From positions 18,473 to 82,472 of the forward strand of contig CBDEVU010000018.1 in the NCBI GenBank assembly GCA_965243715.1: DNA of 64,000 nt, written 5' to 3'. Positions 7,829-17,023 of this stretch are shown one piece after another; the first letter of the stretch is position 1; every line of letters starts with the position of its first letter. This DNA comes from Candidatus Aldehydirespiratoraceae bacterium. Its GTDB lineage: Bacteria; Actinomycetota; Acidimicrobiia; Acidimicrobiales; Aldehydirespiratoraceae. The notes under the pieces were generated by a model that saw nothing but the letters and a program-made list of their open reading frames with translations, had not been told where the DNA came from and searched no databases. The translations under genes and the position numbers were made by a program.

Positions 7829-8686
7829 ATGAGATACGCCGCACCGACTTCGGTGGCTGAGGCCCAAACCCTTCTCGCCGACAATCCGGGGTCGCTGGTC
7901 TTTGCTGGCGCCACTGATCTCATCCCCCAGATCCGTAGTGGCCGTCCCGAACCAGCGATGATGGTTGACCTTAAGCGGATCAAGCGACTCGTGTCGGTGG
8001 CCCACGCCGACGGGATCTGGACGGTGGGAGCGGCCACTCCAACCTCAGGGTTGACCCAAAACCAAGACTTCACGGCCATGTTTCCTGGTCTGTCCGAAGC
8101 GAGCGGACTTATTGGATCCGACCAAATTCAGAATCGGTCGAGTTGGGGCGGCAACTTGTGCAACGCCTCCCCTGCGGCCGATTCCGTTCCCGCGCTGGTG
8201 GTCAACAATGCCCAGGTGGTTATCGCTCGGGCGGGCGATAGTCGTACGATTTCGGCACGAGAGGTGATCACCGGACCAGGCCAAACTTCTCTCACCCCCG
8301 GCGAGTTCGTGGTTGAGTTCACCGTCGCCGACCCTCCGGCGCACACCAGCGACGCCTACCTGCGCCTCATCCCCCGAACCGAGATGGATATTGCGGTCGT
8401 GGGGGTTGCGGTTCGCCTCACCATGAACGGCGACACGGTTGTCGCGGCATCGGTCGCGCTGGGCGCGGTGGCCCCGACAGTTGTGGAAGTGCCCGAGGCT
8501 GAGGCGGCCCTCGTGGGTTCGACGCTCGACGACGATGCCCTCGCGGCGGTGGCTGCGGCCTGCTCCGCTGCGTGTAATCCGATTGACGACAAGCGCGGCA
8601 CGATCGCCTACCGCAGGCAGGTCGCGGGCGTTTTGGCCAAACGAGCAGCCTTGATAGCGGCCGAACGAGCAGGAGGAATTGCCTGA
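7829..8686 (+). CDS. Xanthine dehydrogenase-family molybdenum hydroxylase, FAD-binding medium subunit (CoxM/CutM-like)
   Basis: FAGATDLIPQIR, GSDQIQNRSSWGGNLCNASPAADS, and a C-terminal CO_deh_flav_C-like segment (DDKRGTIAYRR). Start trimmed to ATG 7829 (MRYAAPTS). Confidence 0.8.
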   Translation: MRYAAPTSVAEAQTLLADNPGSLVFAGATDLIPQIRSGRPEPAMMVDLKRIKRLVSVAHADGIWTVGAATPTSGLTQNQDFTAMFPGLSEASGLIGSDQIQNRSSWGGNLCNASPAADSVPALVVNNAQVVIARAGDSRTISAREVITGPGQTSLTPGEFVVEFTVADPPAHTSDAYLRLIPRTEMDIAVVGVAVRLTMNGDTVVAASVALGAVAPTVVEVPEAEAALVGSTLDDDALAAVAAACSAACNPIDDKRGTIAYRRQVAGVLAKRAALIAAERAGGIA

Positions 8687-9168
8687 TGGTCCGAACCCAT
8701 GTGACATGCACTGTGAACGGTGATGACGTTGACTTCTTGGCCGCCGACGCGACCTCATTGCTGGACGCGTTGCGCGACGAACTCGGTCTGACCGGAGCGA
8801 AGGAAGGCTGCGGCACCGGCGACTGCGGTACTTGCTCAATTTTGGTTGACGGCAAGCTCAACTGCAGTTGCCTGATGCTGGCTCCGGAGGCGGAAGGCTG
8901 TGACATTCTCACTGTAGAAGGCCTCGCCGAAGGCGATCAACTCCATCCTCTTCAGCAAGCCTTCCTCGAGGGCGCCGCGCTGCAGTGCGGGGTATGTACT
9001 CCCGGCTTTCTCGTGGCGGCCAAGTTGCTGCTCGACGAGAACCCCGACCCGACCGAAACAGAGATCCGCTACGCCTTGGCGGGCAATCTCTGCCGATGTA
9101 CCGGCTATGACAAGATCATTCGTTCCGTGCAGGTCGCAGCAGTTCAATTGAGGGGAGCATCCCAGTGA
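8686..9168 (+). CDS. Molybdenum hydroxylase small subunit, two 2Fe-2S clusters (CoxS/CutS-like)
   Basis: GCGTGDCGTCSILVDG...NCSC and QCGVCTPGF...NLCRCTGY motifs. 1-nt overlap with the medium subunit. Confidence 0.9.
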   Translation: MVRTHVTCTVNGDDVDFLAADATSLLDALRDELGLTGAKEGCGTGDCGTCSILVDGKLNCSCLMLAPEAEGCDILTVEGLAEGDQLHPLQQAFLEGAALQCGVCTPGFLVAAKLLLDENPDPTETEIRYALAGNLCRCTGYDKIIRSVQVAAVQLRGASQ

Positions 9169-11387
9169 CCGTAACCGAGAATCCCACCGGCTATAAGTAT
9201 GTCGGCACCCGTCCCATCCGTCACGACGGCTACGACAAGGTCACCGGCAAGGCCCGCTTTGCCGCCGATTTGGCGGTGCCTGGTCAACTTACGGGTGCCA
9301 TGGTGCGCTCGCCGCACGCCCACGCCAAGATCCTGTCGATCGACACCACGGCGGCGGCCGCGATGCCCGGCGTGAAGGCCATCGTCACCGGAGACGACTT
9401 CCCTGCGCTCCCCGTTGAGCATCCCGAACACGATGTGGCTCTCAACTGCATCGCACGCGGCGAGGTGTTCTACAACGGTCACGTGATTGCGGCGGTTGCG
9501 GCGATCACGAAGGCCCAAGCGCAGGCCGCGGCGGCGGCCATTGTGGTTGAGTACGAACTGCTACCGGCGTTGATGACTATCGACGAGGCACTGGCCGACG
9601 ATGCGCCGTTGGTGAACCCCACCAACTTCACCCTCTTCTTAGAGAACACGGAACCGTCCAACATCGGCGGCGTGAACAAACTCGATCGAGGCGATGTCGA
9701 TGCGGCCATGGCTAGCGCCGACATCGTGGTCGAGCGAGAGTTCCGCACGATTGATGTCCACCAAGGATACATCGAGCCTCATGCCTGCGTCGCAGATACC
9801 AGCGCCGACGGTAAGACCAGTATTTGGTGTTCGTCGCAGGGGCACTTCCGGGTGCGTTCGAGCACCGCGGCGGTGCTTGGTTGGGAAAACGCTCGGGTGA
9901 AGGTCACGCCCGCGGAGATTGGCGGTGGATTCGGGGGCAAGACAACGATCTATCTCGAACCGATTGCTGCTCGCCTCTCGGAGATGGCCGGTCGGGCGGT
10001 GAAGATCACCATGAGCCGCGAAGAGGTACTTCGAGCCACGGGTCCGGCCCCGGCGAGCAAGATCAAGATGAAAATCGGGGCCTCCAAGAGCGGCGAACTT
10101 GTGGCCATCGATGGTTGGCTGGCCTATGCCACCGGCGGCTTCAAGTCGATTGCGGCGCTCCTCGGGGCGCTGTCGATTGCGTCATACAAGTTCCCGAACC
10201 TGAAGTTCGAGGCCTACGCCGTTTTGACCAACACGTCGAAGTCGGCCGCCTACCGCGCCCCCTCTGCCCCCCAGGCCGCGTTTGCGGTCGAGTCGATCAT
10301 CGACGAGATCGCCAACCTTCTCGGTAGGGATCCGATCGATCTGCGACTCCAGAACGCGGTAGTCGAAGGTGATCTCACCGCGATGGGCATGCCCCATCCC
10401 AAGATCGGCTTTGTCGAGACACTCACCGCCATCGAGAACTCCGATCACTACACCTCGCCGGTACCTCCCGGCGTGGGTCGTGGTTTCGGTAGTGGGTTCT
10501 GGTTCAACATCGGCGAGGAGTCGAGCGCTACTGTCAATCTGAACGAAGATGGAACGGCCACCGTTATAACCGGCAGTCCCGATATTGGGGGCAGTCGGGC
10601 CTCTATGGCGCTCATGGCCGCGGAGGAACTCGGCATCGACGTTTACAAGATTACGCCGGTCGTTGCCGACACGGAGTCGGTTGGTTTCACCGACGTCACC
10701 GAAGGCAGTCGGGCCACGTTCGCCACCGGCATGGCGGTTGTCGAAGCCTGTCGCGCCTTGAAAACTGAATTGTGTGCCCGCGCCGCGAAAATCATGAGCG
10801 TCGAACAAGGCGACGTGCGATGGGTTGATGGCCAGGCGGTCAGCGAAGGCCAAGAACCGCTTCCACTGGCGGCAATCACGGCTCAGGCCAAGAGCACCGG
10901 TGGTCCGCTGACCAGCACGGGTTCGCTCAATGCCCCTGGTGCTGGTCCGTCTTTTGCCTGTCATCTGGCTGATGTCAAGGTCGACGAAGAGACGGGCGAG
11001 ACGACTATTCTGCGCTACACGGCAGCCCAGGACGCGGGTACCGCCATTCATCCCAGTTACGTCGAAGGGCAATTGCAGGGTGGGTCCGCCCAGGGCATTG
11101 GGTGGGCGCTCAACGAGGGGTTCACCTTCGACGATGAGGGTGCGCTGGAAAACGCCAGCTTTCTCGATTACCGCATTCCAGTGGCCTCGGACTTGCCGAT
11201 GATCGAGACGATCATCGTCGAGGTGCCCAACCCGTCGCACCCGTATGGCGTGCGGGGGGTGGGCGAGACGAGCATCGTGCCGCCGTTGGCGACGATAGCC
11301 AACGCCATCGCCGCGGCCACCAACGTGCGTATGACTTCGCTCCCGATGTCGCCGCCCAACGTATTGGCCGCGATCAACGAACGCTGA
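9165..11387 (+). CDS. Molybdenum hydroxylase large (molybdopterin-binding) subunit, substrate unknown
   Basis: 740 aa. EIGGGFGGKT, SAAYRAPSAPQ, VRGVGETSIVP motifs. Lacks the CODH-type active-site loop. GTGA overlap with the small subunit. Confidence 0.85.
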   Translation: MTVTENPTGYKYVGTRPIRHDGYDKVTGKARFAADLAVPGQLTGAMVRSPHAHAKILSIDTTAAAAMPGVKAIVTGDDFPALPVEHPEHDVALNCIARGEVFYNGHVIAAVAAITKAQAQAAAAAIVVEYELLPALMTIDEALADDAPLVNPTNFTLFLENTEPSNIGGVNKLDRGDVDAAMASADIVVEREFRTIDVHQGYIEPHACVADTSADGKTSIWCSSQGHFRVRSSTAAVLGWENARVKVTPAEIGGGFGGKTTIYLEPIAARLSEMAGRAVKITMSREEVLRATGPAPASKIKMKIGASKSGELVAIDGWLAYATGGFKSIAALLGALSIASYKFPNLKFEAYAVLTNTSKSAAYRAPSAPQAAFAVESIIDEIANLLGRDPIDLRLQNAVVEGDLTAMGMPHPKIGFVETLTAIENSDHYTSPVPPGVGRGFGSGFWFNIGEESSATVNLNEDGTATVITGSPDIGGSRASMALMAAEELGIDVYKITPVVADTESVGFTDVTEGSRATFATGMAVVEACRALKTELCARAAKIMSVEQGDVRWVDGQAVSEGQEPLPLAAITAQAKSTGGPLTSTGSLNAPGAGPSFACHLADVKVDEETGETTILRYTAAQDAGTAIHPSYVEGQLQGGSAQGIGWALNEGFTFDDEGALENASFLDYRIPVASDLPMIETIIVEVPNPSHPYGVRGVGETSIVPPLATIANAIAAATNVRMTSLPMSPPNVLAAINER

Positions 11388-11391
11388 GGTT

Positions 11392-11637
11392 GTGGCTCGA
11401 GTTCACCTGATGGCCGACCATCGCCGGTTCACGGGCGGCGAGCAGGTCATCGATGTCGAGGGGGCCACGATTGGCGTTATCATCGACGCTCTCGAGGCCC
11501 GTTATCCCGGCCTCGGCCGGGTCCTTACCGAGGCCGCGTCGGTGGGTTTGCACGGCGAAATTCATGCCGAGCCTAAGTATCTAGCGGTGGCCGACACCGA
11601 CGATGTGTATTTTGTCGCCCCGCTCGCCGGCGGGTAA
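11392..11637 (+). CDS. MoaD/ThiS-like ubiquitin-fold sulfur-carrier protein with C-terminal Gly-Gly
   Basis: 81 aa ending ...DDVYFVAPLAGG*. GTG start 4 nt after the large-subunit stop. Confidence 0.6.
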   Translation: MARVHLMADHRRFTGGEQVIDVEGATIGVIIDALEARYPGLGRVLTEAASVGLHGEIHAEPKYLAVADTDDVYFVAPLAGG

Positions 11638-11712
11638 CCCGCACGTCATCGGGCCGCCCTGTGCGTAGCGTCTCAGTGCCCCTAGAGTCGATTCGCTGAC
11701 AGACTCCTTGCG

Positions 11713-12540
11713 GTGACCCTTCTACTCGGTCTTGGCTATTCCGTGGCGATCGGCGTCAGCGACTTCTTTGGGGCTTTCGCGACCCGCCGGTCCCAGGCGC
11801 TCACGGTTGTGTGTTCGGCGATGCTGGTCGGTGCCGTCACCGCCGCGTTGATGCTCTTGGTGGTCGAGAGCGAGTTCATCTGGGTCGACTTCTGGTTAGG
11901 GGCATTATCTGGTCTCTTCGTCGGATTTGCCCTCGTGACTATGTACCGCGGTATGGCGGAATCGTCGGCCGCGGTTGTCTCGCCGATTGTCGCGGTACTC
12001 GCGGTGGTGATTCCGATCAGCTACGACCTTGCGACCGGTGCGTCGTTGCCGTGGCTGGTCGCGGTTGGTGTCGCAGTTGGGGTTGGGGGGCTGGGGCTGG
12101 CCACCATCTCGCCGGAGTTAGGGGATCGAGTGCGGACGGGAGTGTTGTGGGCGGTGATGGGGGGTGTCTTGTTTGGTCTCACCTTGATTGTTTTGAGCTA
12201 TACGAGTCCCGAGTCCGGCTTGTGGGGCGCGTTCAGCCAACGCTTCGTCGCGTTCATCGTGGTCGGGGTGGTGGCCGTTAGCCGCGGCCAACGACCTTTC
12301 GTCATGCCGGTCCACGCGAAATACGTGATCGCGTCGGGGCTCGCCGGAGGGTTGGGGATCTCCGCTTTCGTTAGCGGCGTCCAGCGGGGTTCGCTAAGCG
12401 AGATCGCTGTCGCTGGCGCCATGTTCCCCGCGGTGACGGCCATCTTGTCCGCGGTGTTTGACAATCATCCCCTGCGTTGGTGGCAACTACTGGGAATCGG
12501 CATCTGCGTGGCTGGTCTCGCGCTCATCGGGTTGGGTTGA
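11713..12540 (+). CDS. EamA/DMT-superfamily membrane transporter
   Basis: 275 aa, about 9-10 hydrophobic helices, Gly/Ala/Val-rich. No soluble domain. Confidence 0.6.
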   Translation: MTLLLGLGYSVAIGVSDFFGAFATRRSQALTVVCSAMLVGAVTAALMLLVVESEFIWVDFWLGALSGLFVGFALVTMYRGMAESSAAVVSPIVAVLAVVIPISYDLATGASLPWLVAVGVAVGVGGLGLATISPELGDRVRTGVLWAVMGGVLFGLTLIVLSYTSPESGLWGAFSQRFVAFIVVGVVAVSRGQRPFVMPVHAKYVIASGLAGGLGISAFVSGVQRGSLSEIAVAGAMFPAVTAILSAVFDNHPLRWWQLLGIGICVAGLALIGLG

Positions 12541-13767
12541 CGGGATAAGGGCGGCGGCCACTAGGGCGAGGGCCAGAATCGCGGCGTAGTGGCCGAGAGT
12601 GTAGTAGCTCCAAGTGCCGACCACGACGCCGGAGAGAAGGCCGCCGATTGCCCCGGCCGCGATCATGGTGAAATCGGCCGCTCCCTGAACGCTCGCCCGA
12701 TCGTTGACGGCGAAGACGGCGGTAAGCATGGCGCTGCCAGAAATCATGGCGAACGACCAGCCGAGGCCCACTAGTAAGAGTCCGATGAACACCCCGAGGC
12801 TGTCCTCTGGGTCGGTGTTGGCGGCCAGTTCCGCCCCCGCGAACAAGATCACGCCCGCCGCGGCCACCATCATGGCGGCGGGGAGTCGGTCGACGAGCCA
12901 GCCGACCACCGGTGCAAAGAAAAACATGCCCACGATGTGGAGGGAGATTACGAAACCGATGATTTTCGCGGCGTGGTTACCATCGTTGAGGTGCAGGGGT
13001 GTGACCGTCATGACTGCCACCATGATCCCTTGACCGACGGCCATGGCGAGCACCGCGACTGAAGCCAAGCGGTGACCGGCCAACTTGGCGAACGACTCAC
13101 CGAGTCCGGGACGCCGTGCATCGGTTACCCCACCGAGTTCTCTGGCCAATAGGAGAGGGTCGGGTCGCAGCCCGCGGTCAACGATGAGCGCCGCACCGCC
13201 AAAGACGGCCAGACCGAGCAGGTAGGGGCCCGCCAGGCCGTCGAACCCCAGTTGCTCGGCGAGCCAACCGCTGGGGCCCAGTGCGAGGGTTGGACCCAGA
13301 ACCGCGCCGATGGCTGAGAACCACACGAGAAAGCCAATGGCACGGGCTCGGCGATCGCTTTCGGCTAGATCGGCCGCCGCGTAGCGAGCGGCAAGGTTCG
13401 TTCCGTTGCCGAACCCGATGAGCGCCGAACCCACGATCAGCAAGGGGAAGAGTTGGGTGAGTACCGAAAAAAACGACAGTAGGGCTCCCAGCGCGGCCAA
13501 GATCCAGCCCCAGCGAAGGCCAACTCGGCGTCCGTGACGGTCCATGAACCGAGCTAGAGGAATGGCGACGATTGCGCTGCCCACGCTGTTCATCGTGGCG
13601 GCGAACGTGGCCCAGCCGTCGCTCCCCGTCATCTCTTCGGCCGCTAGGGCGATGGCGGCAAAGCCACCGGCCATGCCCATGCCAGCTAGGCCAACCGCCC
13701 CCATGAGGACGCGGGTGGAATGCCGCTGGATGGCGGCGATTTCCTCAACGGTGGGGTGGGCCGTCAC
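12487..13767 (-). CDS. MFS transporter
   Basis: About 12 predicted TM helices and an MFS-like loop (PLARFMDRHGRR). Start set at the GTG that overlaps the upstream ALDH stop (GTGA). The longer ORF to 13935 runs inside the ALDH gene. Confidence 0.7.
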   Translation of the reverse strand: MTAHPTVEEIAAIQRHSTRVLMGAVGLAGMGMAGGFAAIALAAEEMTGSDGWATFAATMNSVGSAIVAIPLARFMDRHGRRVGLRWGWILAALGALLSFFSVLTQLFPLLIVGSALIGFGNGTNLAARYAAADLAESDRRARAIGFLVWFSAIGAVLGPTLALGPSGWLAEQLGFDGLAGPYLLGLAVFGGAALIVDRGLRPDPLLLARELGGVTDARRPGLGESFAKLAGHRLASVAVLAMAVGQGIMVAVMTVTPLHLNDGNHAAKIIGFVISLHIVGMFFFAPVVGWLVDRLPAAMMVAAAGVILFAGAELAANTDPEDSLGVFIGLLLVGLGWSFAMISGSAMLTAVFAVNDRASVQGAADFTMIAAGAIGGLLSGVVVGTWSYYTLGHYAAILALALVAAALIPSTQPDERETSHADADSQ

Positions 13768-15239
13768 CGGATAATGAATGGGTTGGCCATGGGCGCGGAG
13801 GAGGTGTTGATCCAGACCGTTTTGGTACGGGTGTAGTCGTGCATGACGTCTTTGCCAGACTCCCGACCGAGGCCCGAGTGGCCGTAGCCACCGAAGGGGG
13901 AGATGGGCGAGATCGCCCGATAGGTGTTGACCCAAACAATGCCGGAGCGGATTGCCTTCGAGACCCGAAGAGCACGCGCGAGGTTTTGCGTAAACACGCC
14001 GGAGCCGAGGCCGAAGTCGGTGTCGTTGGCCATCTCGACCGCTTCGTCTTCTGTCTCGAAGCGGATTACAGACATCACCGGTCCGAACAGTTCCTGGCGG
14101 GTGCTGGCAATGCTCTGGTCGGGGCAGGTGATGACGGTGGGGGAAAAGAAGTAGCCGTCGCTAAGCCCTAGGGGACGGGTTCCGCCGGTAATAATGGTGG
14201 CCCCTTGTTTAACTGACTGGGTTAGCACCTTTTCGATGTGGTCGCGCTGGGCAAGAGTGGCGAGGGGCCCTACCTGGGTTTCGATGGCGAGCGGATCACC
14301 GATACAAATTGCTTCGGCCCGGTGTTTGATCTCGGTGATAAAGGCGTCGTACACGCCTGACTGCACGAACACTCGAGAGCCCGCCACGCAACTCTGACCG
14401 GCCGCGCCGAAGTTGCCCGCTACCGCGGCGTTGATCGAACTTTCGAGGTCGCAGTCGTCGAAGATCAGCATCGGGGACTTGCCACCGAGTTCGTAGGAGG
14501 TGACCGCGAGGTTGTGGGCGGTGTTGGCTTGAACGAGGCGAGCCGCGGGCAGGCCTCCCGTGAACGCCACTCGGGCAATGTCTGGGTGGCTGGTGAGGGC
14601 TCGGCCGCACGGTTCGCCAAAGCCGGTGATGATGTTTATCACCCCCGGCGGGAAACCGACTTCGTCGATGACCCGTGCAAATTCGGCGAGTGGCCCGGGG
14701 GCATGTTCGGAGGACTTGACCACGACGGTGCAGCCCGCGGCGATGGCCGGCGCGACCTTGGTTGCGGTGAGGAACATCTCCGCGTTCCACGGCACGATCG
14801 CGGCAACGACCCCGATGGGTTCGCGATAGGTAAAGACCTGCATGTCAGGTTTGTCGATAGGCAGGGTGGCGCCCTGGATCTTGTCGGCTAGTCCGCCGTA
14901 GTAACGGTAGTAGTCGGCAACGTAGGCCGACTGGGCCTTAGTCTCCGCCGCTAGTTTTCCGGAGTCTGTGGTTTCGATTTCGCCTAGGTGCTCCGCCCGC
15001 TCGGCTACCAGATCGGCGAGTTTGAACAGGAGTCGGCCGCGCTGGGTTGGCAACATCTGGGCCCAGTCGTCGCGGTGGAGGGCTCTTTTGGCCGCGGCCA
15101 CCGAACGGTTGACGTCGTCTTCAGTGGCCCTAGCTGCGGTGGCCCACGGCTGACCGGTAGCGGGGTTGATCGATTCGAACGTTCCGCCGTCGGAGGCCTC
15201 GTCGAACCGGCCATCGATGTAGAGCGGGAAATGGTTCAT
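13764..15239 (-). CDS. NAD(P)-dependent aldehyde dehydrogenase
   Basis: ALDH motifs FTGG, YELGGKSP, NFGAAGQSCVAGSR, PFGGYGHSGLGRE. Confidence 0.9.
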   Translation of the reverse strand: MNHFPLYIDGRFDEASDGGTFESINPATGQPWATAARATEDDVNRSVAAAKRALHRDDWAQMLPTQRGRLLFKLADLVAERAEHLGEIETTDSGKLAAETKAQSAYVADYYRYYGGLADKIQGATLPIDKPDMQVFTYREPIGVVAAIVPWNAEMFLTATKVAPAIAAGCTVVVKSSEHAPGPLAEFARVIDEVGFPPGVINIITGFGEPCGRALTSHPDIARVAFTGGLPAARLVQANTAHNLAVTSYELGGKSPMLIFDDCDLESSINAAVAGNFGAAGQSCVAGSRVFVQSGVYDAFITEIKHRAEAICIGDPLAIETQVGPLATLAQRDHIEKVLTQSVKQGATIITGGTRPLGLSDGYFFSPTVITCPDQSIASTRQELFGPVMSVIRFETEDEAVEMANDTDFGLGSGVFTQNLARALRVSKAIRSGIVWVNTYRAISPISPFGGYGHSGLGRESGKDVMHDYTRTKTVWINTSSAPMANPFIIR

Positions 15240-15275
15240 GAGATTCCCTTACCCTAGCGATGGCATACTGCGGCG

Positions 15276-15791
15276 ATGGCCACAGTTCGGGTTTGGCGTT
15301 CACCAAAGGTGGAGATTCGCGAGTGCCATCTCGGTGGCTTGGCCGTGTTCGCCGCCGAACCCATATTCGTTGGGGAGCGGGTGGCGGTCAAGGTCGGGCA
15401 CGTGGTCGATACCGAGGAGGTACGGCGGCTCACGGAGACCGTTGGTGACTTCAGCCTGCAGATTGACGACGACACGTTTTTGTCGCCCCGACACCTAGCT
15501 GAGTACGATGACATGGTCGTACACATCAACCACTCGTGTGAAGCTAATGTCGGCTTCCGGGGCAATGTCGTCTACGTTGCGATGCGCGATATCGCCGCGG
15601 GCGAGGAGTTGCGCCATGACTACGCCACCGCCCGTCTGGCACCGTACCGTCTCGATTGTGCGTGCGGCGCCGCGGCGTGCCGTGGTGTGGTGACCGAATC
15701 CGACTGGGAACGCCTCGATGTGCAAGTCCGCTACGCCGGATATTTCATGCCTCACATCCAACGCCGAATCGACGCCCAGTCGGCGGGGTAG
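15276..15791 (+). CDS. SET-domain protein (putative lysine methyltransferase)
   Basis: INHSCEANV, GEELRHDY and a Cys-rich post-SET-like CACGAAACRG segment. Confidence 0.7.
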   Translation: MATVRVWRSPKVEIRECHLGGLAVFAAEPIFVGERVAVKVGHVVDTEEVRRLTETVGDFSLQIDDDTFLSPRHLAEYDDMVVHINHSCEANVGFRGNVVYVAMRDIAAGEELRHDYATARLAPYRLDCACGAAACRGVVTESDWERLDVQVRYAGYFMPHIQRRIDAQSAG

Positions 15792-15796
15792 AACAA

Positions 15797-16912
15797 CTAG
15801 AACCCGAGACTGCCATCGCTCGTGGCCTTAGGCCGCGTGGCGGGTTTTCGGTGTCGGGCAGGGTCGCCGCGTCGGCCTCGGTGTTTTCGCCCGTGGCAGT
15901 TCCAGCAGGGTAGTTCGAGGTTGTCGATATCGGTCGGCCCGCCATTAGCCCATTCTCTAGTGTGGTGGGCTTCGGTACGGTCCGGTGATGCTCCGCATTC
16001 GCTGCAGCCGCGATGGCGGGCGATGAGGGCGATCCACTGATCGCGGCTAGCCAAACGAGTGGAGCGCCCGAGCCACAACGGTCGGCCAACACCATCAAAG
16101 ACTTGCCCGACGACTTCGGCGGTGGGTCCGAGTTCGATGAGGACATCGTCGGGGACAGGACTGCCGTCGGCGAGTTCAGTGCTGCCCGATTCGAGACAGT
16201 GCAACAGGTGGACCATGTGCTTGGGATGAGGCTTGCCCGAACGGCTCGCCCGAGCACCAGTGAGCAACGCCACCATGGCATCGGCGCGGCGCTGCTTAGC
16301 GGTCCGGGAGTCGTCGGAATCGATCTGGTTAGCAAACTCCCGTAAGGCCGCTAGAGCCCGGGCGCCGTTGATCGGATCGAGACGGCTCAAGATGTTGACC
16401 ATCCCCTCGCCGTCAACCCAGTCAGTTACTTCACGCAAACGACGTTGCCGGGCGTGGCGCTTCTCAACCACTCCGCGAGATTCCCTGATGTTGACCCACT
16501 CGCGTGTCTTCTTAGCAAACCTGTCGGCAGGCAACTCCTCAGCCAACGCGAGCAGTTCCTCGGCTTCGTCGGGTGATACCCGCGCCGCGGCCTCAGCACA
16601 CACTGCGGCATGCTCAGTAGTGATAGCCCCGCTGGCCAAGCCTTCGGCCACAGCGGGCATCTGCGCCAACTGTGTAGCGACCTTGGCGTCTTGTTTGGAC
16701 TGGCGATTCGAGCGCCGCGACAGCGAATGCCCCACAGAGGCCGCATCGGCCCCCGAATCACCCAACGCGTCGATCCCAGCCAAACAAGCCAAGCGACGTT
16801 CTTCGGCGTGAGCGATCACCCGATCAAGCCCACCAATGGTTGTGGTCAACTCCGGTCGAGACATTCCATGGAGAGCAACCTCGGCCAAGTTGTCGTGCGC
16901 TTTCTGGAACAT
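15797..16912 (-). CDS. DUF222 / HNH endonuclease-domain protein (actinobacterial 13E12-type)
   Basis: C-terminal HNH core (CSECGASPDRTEAHHTREWANGGPTDIDNLELPCWNCH) after a long helical DUF222-like N-terminal region. Confidence 0.8.
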   Translation of the reverse strand: MFQKAHDNLAEVALHGMSRPELTTTIGGLDRVIAHAEERRLACLAGIDALGDSGADAASVGHSLSRRSNRQSKQDAKVATQLAQMPAVAEGLASGAITTEHAAVCAEAAARVSPDEAEELLALAEELPADRFAKKTREWVNIRESRGVVEKRHARQRRLREVTDWVDGEGMVNILSRLDPINGARALAALREFANQIDSDDSRTAKQRRADAMVALLTGARASRSGKPHPKHMVHLLHCLESGSTELADGSPVPDDVLIELGPTAEVVGQVFDGVGRPLWLGRSTRLASRDQWIALIARHRGCSECGASPDRTEAHHTREWANGGPTDIDNLELPCWNCHGRKHRGRRGDPARHRKPATRPKATSDGSLGF

Positions 16913-17023
16913 GTGTATATCGTATCAAAACGAAACTAGAACGTCAACAGTTTTGTCACAAATATTTCCAATCAGTTTGTCATAGCTATTGCTAATTAGA
17001 TGACGTGATGTCATATTCTGATC

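Noticed and set aside
7829-11387. Aerobic carbon-monoxide dehydrogenase (coxMSL)
   Set aside because: The large subunit shows AYRAPSAPQ where form I CODH has the VAYRCSFR loop and form II has AYRGAGR. It is therefore called a generic molybdenum hydroxylase.
15797-16912. Calling the DUF222-HNH gene a bounded mobile element or insertion sequence
   Set aside because: No inverted or direct terminal repeats, transposase or integrase were seen around it. Only the gene itself is reported.
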